Assembly: GCA_036386115.1 (NCBI GenBank)
Contig: DASVJA010000194.1
Coordinates: 1-60,789, forward strand
DNA length: 60,789 nt
Origin: Candidatus Limnocylindrales bacterium
GTDB lineage: Bacteria; Chloroflexota; Limnocylindria; Limnocylindrales; CSP1-4
Reading direction: 5' to 3'
The position numbers were made by a program, and so were the translations under genes. The notes under the pieces are model-generated. The model saw nothing but the letters and a program-made list of their open reading frames with translations. It had not been told where the DNA came from and did not search any database. This document shows, in pieces, positions 56,405 to 60,789 of this stretch. Numbering within the stretch: position 1 is the stretch's first letter; each line of letters begins with the position of its first letter.

Positions 56405-58738
56405 CTAACGCCTGACGACCAGGCCGCGGCCGTCGACCCAGCCGCGCCATCCGTTTTCGGCACGTACCAGACACCAGGCGCCGTTGGTCGCTTCCACGAC
56501 AAGATCCGTGAAGGCGGCAATCTGACCGGCCGGTGCATAACGGCCATCGGGGACCGTCCAGAAGATCGCACCAGGTGGCGGGACCACGTGCGTCGGGCTC
56601 CAGGCCGAGGACGCGGCCTGCGCGGCGAACGCGGGCCGCGCGGAGAACGCGGGCTGCGCGGCGAACGCGGGCTGCGCGGCGAAAGACGCCGGAACTGAAC
56701 TCTGAGCCGAGGGCGCAGCCGGCGGAGTCGGTCGGCCGGGCATCGATGCCGCGACCGGCACGGCCGCGGTGACTGCCACAGGCACGGCCGCCGCCACAGG
56801 CTCAGCCGAAACCCCCGGCTCCGGCTCAACGACCTCGGGCCTCAGCGCACCCAGCACCTCGACCGCCCGCGGGTCTCTGAACCCCGCCAGGGCCTCCTCC
56901 GCGGCCGTGCGCACGGTCCCGATCCGGTCCTTCAGGGCGGTAATCAAGGGTTCCACGGCACCGGGATCATGGGCTTGCCCGAGCGCCACGGCGACCGCCT
57001 TACGCACTTCCGTGACCCGATCCTTCATCAAGGCAACGAGCGGCTCCACGACGCCGGCTCCACCGATCCGACCCAACGCCTCGATCGCGGCGATGCGCAA
57101 TTCGGTGCCTTGCCAGGTTCGGGCCGCCAGCGCCAGCGGGCCAATCGCCGGAGCACCGAGCTGAACGCACTGCGCCCATTGGTTTCGTCCGGCCCAATAA
57201 GTAGCCGCCGCCTCGGCTGAGTTGGGCGCCCACGCCGTCTTGTCCAGGACGTCCGCGGCAGCGGCCCGAACGACTTCCCGGTCATTCGTGAGCAGCCCCA
57301 CCAGCGGCCCATAAGCGGGCTCGCCCACCTGGACCATCACCGTCTCGGCTGCGGCGTTGCGCACCACTTCGTCGCGATCCAGCAGTGTCTCGACCAGCGG
57401 ACCGGCGGCCGGGGCACCGATTAGGAGCAAAGCCTGGGCGGCTGCCACGCACAAGCGCAGGTCGCTCAGGGCCTCGATGAGCGGTTCGATGGCGCGCGAG
57501 TCGCCGATTTGCCCCAGCGCCATCGCGGCATCGGCGCGGACATCCTCTCGCCCGCGCAGGGCCGAGATCAGAGGTTCGACCGCGCGAACGTCGCCGATGT
57601 CGCCGAGACCGGCGGCGGCAGCGGCGCGAACATCCGACTCGTGATCTCGCAGCGCAGCCAGAAGCTTCTCGACTGCCCGAACATCGCCGAGCCGGCCCAG
57701 AGCCCTGGCGGCCGCAGCGCGAACGTGTGGGCCGGCATCCTTCAGGGCCGCCACCAATGGCTCCACGGCTCGCTCGTCATCGATATCGCCCAGCGCCGAC
57801 GCAGCGGCCGCACGACCGTCCTCCCTGCCTTTGAGCGCGGCGATCAACGGCTCCACAGCCCGTGGATCCCGGATCTGCCCGAGGCCACTCGAAGCCAACT
57901 GACGCACGAGCGAATCAGGGTGCTTGAGGGCGTCGATCAGCGTCTCTACGGCAGGCCTGCCCAGCTCAACGCACTTCTGCCACTGGCCCTTCGCCGCCCA
58001 ATAGGCCGCACCGGCCTGACCGGAATCCGGTCTCCACGAAAGCAGATCGAGCGTGTCGGCGGCGGCGCGACGAACCGGGTCCGTATCGGCCTTGAGGGCC
58101 TCAATGAGGAGTTCAACCGTCCGGGCGCCGCCGATGCGGCCGATCACGGGAACCACGGAGGGTCGGAGTTCCGGATCACTCAACGCGGCTACGAGCGGTT
58201 CGAGGGCCGGCTCGCCGATCCCGACGAGACCGTCGGAGGCACCTTTGCGCACGGCCCCGTCCGTATCCTTGAGCGCCGCGAGAAGCGGCTCAATGGCCAG
58301 ACTGCCCATTTGACCCAGCGCTGCCGCGGCCGCATCGCGTACGGCCAGGAAGCCGTCCTTGAGAGCCTCTATAAGCGGCCCAACCGGCCGAGCATCGCCG
58401 GCCTGTGCAAGCGCGGGCCCGAGGCGACCCAGCGACCCGGCCGCGGCTTCGCGAACACCCGGATCCTCGTCCGCCAGGCGGGCAATCAGGGGATCAACGA
58501 CACGCACGTCGCCGAGCGTGCCGAGGGCGCCGGCCACGCCCGCCCGGACGTCGCGCTCCGGATCGGCAATCAGATCAAGCAGCGGCTCGACGGCACGTCC
58601 GTCGCCAAGCTCTCCGAGCGCCAGGGCCGCGTCCCGCCGGACAAGCGGGTCCTTCTTGAAGTCGAGGGCCTTGATCAGCCCCGGGACATCGCTCTTGGCC
58701 TTGAGCTTGCTCGCATTCGGCGGTCCAAACAGTGGCAT
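56405..58738 (-). CDS. HEAT-repeat (PBS-lyase-type) protein with Pro/Ala-rich linker and C-terminal SH3-like domain
   Basis: About 20 repeats of D..VR..AA.ALG.[IL]GD.RAVEPLI.AL.D. Linker with (AQPAFA)n. C-terminus AWCLVRAENGWRGWVDGRGLV. Start moved to ATG 58738 (MPLFGPP..., GGGAGGG SD 6 nt upstream), matching the paralog N-terminus. Confidence 0.85.
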   Translation of the reverse strand: MPLFGPPNASKLKAKSDVPGLIKALDFKKDPLVRRDAALALGELGDGRAVEPLLDLIADPERDVRAGVAGALGTLGDVRVVDPLIARLADEDPGVREAAAGSLGRLGPALAQAGDARPVGPLIEALKDGFLAVRDAAAAALGQMGSLAIEPLLAALKDTDGAVRKGASDGLVGIGEPALEPLVAALSDPELRPSVVPVIGRIGGARTVELLIEALKADTDPVRRAAADTLDLLSWRPDSGQAGAAYWAAKGQWQKCVELGRPAVETLIDALKHPDSLVRQLASSGLGQIRDPRAVEPLIAALKGREDGRAAAASALGDIDDERAVEPLVAALKDAGPHVRAAAARALGRLGDVRAVEKLLAALRDHESDVRAAAAAGLGDIGDVRAVEPLISALRGREDVRADAAMALGQIGDSRAIEPLIEALSDLRLCVAAAQALLLIGAPAAGPLVETLLDRDEVVRNAAAETVMVQVGEPAYGPLVGLLTNDREVVRAAAADVLDKTAWAPNSAEAAATYWAGRNQWAQCVQLGAPAIGPLALAARTWQGTELRIAAIEALGRIGGAGVVEPLVALMKDRVTEVRKAVAVALGQAHDPGAVEPLITALKDRIGTVRTAAEEALAGFRDPRAVEVLGALRPEVVEPEPGVSAEPVAAAVPVAVTAAVPVAASMPGRPTPPAAPSAQSSVPASFAAQPAFAAQPAFSARPAFAAQAASSAWSPTHVVPPPGAIFWTVPDGRYAPAGQIAAFTDLVVEATNGAWCLVRAENGWRGWVDGRGLVVRR
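56618..56689 (-). repeat. 18-bp tandem repeat x4 (last unit degenerate) inside the HEAT/SH3 gene, encoding the AQPAFA hexapeptide repeats
   Basis: Plus-strand units CTGCGCGGCGAACGCGGG / CCGCGCGGAGAACGCGGG / CTGCGCGGCGAACGCGGG / CTGCGCGGCGAAAGACGC. Confidence 0.8.
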
Positions 58739-58799
58739 GCTTTGCCCTCCCGGCACTCAGTCTGCCACTTTGGAGACGCCGACGCGACGGCAAATCTCG

Positions 58800-60089
58800 T
58801 CAATCCGGGAAGTCGACCCCGATGCCCGCGTCCTCATGCGAGCCGTAGGGATACTCGTCGCGATGGACCTCGGCAATCACGCTCCGCTGCTTGAGCAGGA
58901 GGGCCCGACCATCCGGGCTCAGGTTGCCGGCCTTGTAGATGGCCACAAGGGCCTCGGCCGCAGCCTTACGAACGTCCCAGTAGTCGCCCAGGGCCGCCAC
59001 CAGGGGTGCGAGAGCGCGAGGGTCGGCGAGATGACCGAGCGCTTCGGCGGCGGCCTTGCGCTGCCAGCCTTCGCCCTTTTCCAGAGCCGCCACGAGAGTT
59101 CCGCCGGCGCGCGGATCGCCGATCTTGCCGAGCGCCGCCAGCGCCGCTTTGCGCACGTGTTGGATTTCCTTCTCGACCGAGTAGACCTCAACCAGGGGTG
59201 CTACCGCCGCCGGATCGCCGAGATTGCCCAACATCTCAGAGGCCGCCATTCGGACGTGCCAATCGTCATCGTGGAGCGCCGAAATGAAATGCGGCACGAC
59301 GGCCGGCGCCGTGATCTGAGCCAGCGCCTCCGAGGCGGCATTGCGCACGTCCCGGTCCGGGTGCTTGAGAGCGGTTAGCAGCGCCGGTACGGCCGGAACA
59401 CCGATCTTCGCCAGAGCGGCGACAAGCGATCCCTTGACGAACAAGTCGCCACCTTCCAGGGCGGCAATAAGCGGTGCGACCGTACGTTCGTCGGCGATCC
59501 GGCCCAGCGCGTCGGCGGCCCGAATGCGGACGCCCTCATTCCAATCGGCCAGGGCCAACGTCAGCGGCTCCACCGAATCCGCGCCCCCGATCCGACCCAG
59601 CGCCTCGACGGCGATCATCCGGACGCCTTCGTTGGGATCCTTGAGGCATCCACTGAGCGACTCGATGGCACGCGGGTCCGCGATCATCCTGAGAGCGGTT
59701 GCGGCTGCCTTGCGCGCCTCATCGTCATCGTCCTTGAGGGCGACCACCAGAACGTCGATCGCTCTTGGGTCGCCGATCTGACCGAGAGTCACGACCGCCG
59801 CGGCTCGAACAGTCGCGTCCGGGCTGGCCATCGCGATGACGAGCGGCTCGACGGCGGCGGCGCCCATATGCCCGAGCGCCTCCGCGGCAGCCGTCCTGAC
59901 ATCGGGCGACGAGTCCTTCAGGGCATCGACCAGCGGCCCAATCGCGCCGGCATCCCCGATTCGGCCGAGGATGGCGGCTGAGTCCTGCCGGATGCCTTCG
60001 TCCTTCTCATAGCCGAGCGCCTTGATCAGCCCGGCCACGTCCCCGCTCGATTCGAGCTTGATCACATCCGGCGGTCCGAACAACGGCAT
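58800..60089 (-). CDS. HEAT-repeat (PBS-lyase-type) protein, paralog of 56405..58738
   Basis: MPLFGPPDVIKLESSGDVAGLIKALGYEKD..., then about 12 HEAT-like repeats. GGAGGA SD 6 nt upstream. Starts 18 nt after the rSAM stop. Confidence 0.85.
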   Translation of the reverse strand: MPLFGPPDVIKLESSGDVAGLIKALGYEKDEGIRQDSAAILGRIGDAGAIGPLVDALKDSSPDVRTAAAEALGHMGAAAVEPLVIAMASPDATVRAAAVVTLGQIGDPRAIDVLVVALKDDDDEARKAAATALRMIADPRAIESLSGCLKDPNEGVRMIAVEALGRIGGADSVEPLTLALADWNEGVRIRAADALGRIADERTVAPLIAALEGGDLFVKGSLVAALAKIGVPAVPALLTALKHPDRDVRNAASEALAQITAPAVVPHFISALHDDDWHVRMAASEMLGNLGDPAAVAPLVEVYSVEKEIQHVRKAALAALGKIGDPRAGGTLVAALEKGEGWQRKAAAEALGHLADPRALAPLVAALGDYWDVRKAAAEALVAIYKAGNLSPDGRALLLKQRSVIAEVHRDEYPYGSHEDAGIGVDFPD

Positions 60090-60107
60090 GGTCTTTCCTC
60101 CAGAGAC

Positions 60108-60789
60108 TCAGTCTGACACTGTGGGTGTCGGCTGAGAACGGCCCGGGCCTTCGCGCATCAACGAAAGAAGTGGGCCTCGCCTCAACAGACCCAGCTCCGG
60201 ATCCGGCCGCTCCACAACCTCGTTGAGGTTCTCCGGGTCGAATATCTCCGCCAGTGCCCGTTCGGCTATGGCATCGAAGGATCGGCGGTAGGCGGCGCAA
60301 TGCGGGTCGCGTGCGGTAGGAGCAAGCGCTCCACCGGCCTCGACCAGCGCGCTATACGGACACCCGCCTTTGCAGAACCCGAAATGCTCGCAGCCACCGC
60401 AGGACTCCTGGACGTGCTCCTCGCGGGCAGCGAAGGCGCGCCACGCCGGTGAGGCCTGCATCTCGGCCAGGCTCGGCCGCCGGGCTACGTCGCCGACCAC
60501 GAAGTCGGGCATCCCGGCGAATCGCTGGCACGGGTAGATTGCCCCGTCGGGTCCTACGGCCAGGTACTTGCCCAGGCATTCGCCGAACGTGCAGATGCCG
60601 CCCCGCCCGGCCGAAACCGAGCGCGCCATCGAATCGAGCGTGCCGATCCGAACCTTCACCGGGCTCGCCAGATATCGGTCGAGAAGGGCGACCAGCAGCT
60701 CGCCGTGCTCTTCCGGGCCGAGCGACCATGCATCAGCCCCGGTCTGCCGAAATGGCGGCATGGCGGCATGGACCGAGAAGTTGAGCCCC
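60108..60789 (-). CDS. Radical SAM / SPASM-domain protein, C-terminal part only (5' end beyond the window)
   Basis: Frame is open to the window edge (...GLNFSVHAAMPPFRQ...). SPASM auxiliary-cluster region: GICTFGECLGKYLAVGPDGAIYPCQRF...CGGCEHFGFCKGGC (CX2CX5CX3C). Confidence 0.8.
   Translation of the reverse strand, partial: GLNFSVHAAMPPFRQTGADAWSLGPEEHGELLVALLDRYLASPVKVRIGTLDSMARSVSAGRGGICTFGECLGKYLAVGPDGAIYPCQRFAGMPDFVVGDVARRPSLAEMQASPAWRAFAAREEHVQESCGGCEHFGFCKGGCPYSALVEAGGALAPTARDPHCAAYRRSFDAIAERALAEIFDPENLNEVVERPDPELGLLRRGPLLSLMREGPGRSQPTPTVSD

Overview
60,789-bp GC-rich chromosomal segment (about two-thirds G+C by eye, not computed). It looks like a monoderm, high-GC bacterium: PASTA Ser/Thr kinase, LCP protein, DipZ, an MprAB/PepD-like module and many apparently leaderless genes. 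That is Actinomycetota/Chloroflexota-like; I cannot place it more precisely. I can support about 52 protein genes and one tRNA-Glu(UUC). I see no rRNA, CRISPR array, transposase, integrase or phage genes. Left to right: SUFU-like protein; TetR plus ABC-2 exporter; MFS; rplY; OmpR-type two-component pair plus HtrA protease; folB-folP-folC behind an unknown Cys/Pro-rich protein; Ig-like protein; zinc-ribbon protein; PASTA kinase; galU; DipZ; ECF sigma plus a Kelch/LysM membrane partner; pirin; MprF-like synthase; an orphan MCP; LCP; tRNA-Glu; a LacI-GH13-methyltransferase operon; FAH-family protein; an HTH-less LacI paralog; hybrid histidine kinase plus response regulator; acetolactate decarboxylase; DUF4288; PHP phosphatase; MBL hydrolase; GNAT; phosphoketolase; GH10 xylanase; argS; and finally a minus-strand radical SAM/SPASM - HEAT - HEAT(SH3) operon cut by the window edge. 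Most long ORFs antisense to these genes in the six-frame track are GC-driven artefacts, and several track ORFs needed start trimming using SD sites, -10 boxes or stop/start overlaps. Observations most worth follow-up: (1) the rSAM/SPASM plus tandem paralogous HEAT-repeat operon, a pairing I do not recognise, next to an unexplained 416-bp lower-GC gap; (2) a ~100-bp intergenic module duplicated upstream of the ECF sigma gene and just downstream of its partner gene, with a diverged third copy at 46.4 kb; (3) a 752-bp hairpin- and palindrome-rich gap after argS holding a candidate CU-rich small RNA with an intrinsic terminator; (4) pervasive leaderless gene starts and an over-represented TGCAAGAATC extended -10-like motif. 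All function calls come from reading motifs by eye; no database search was possible.
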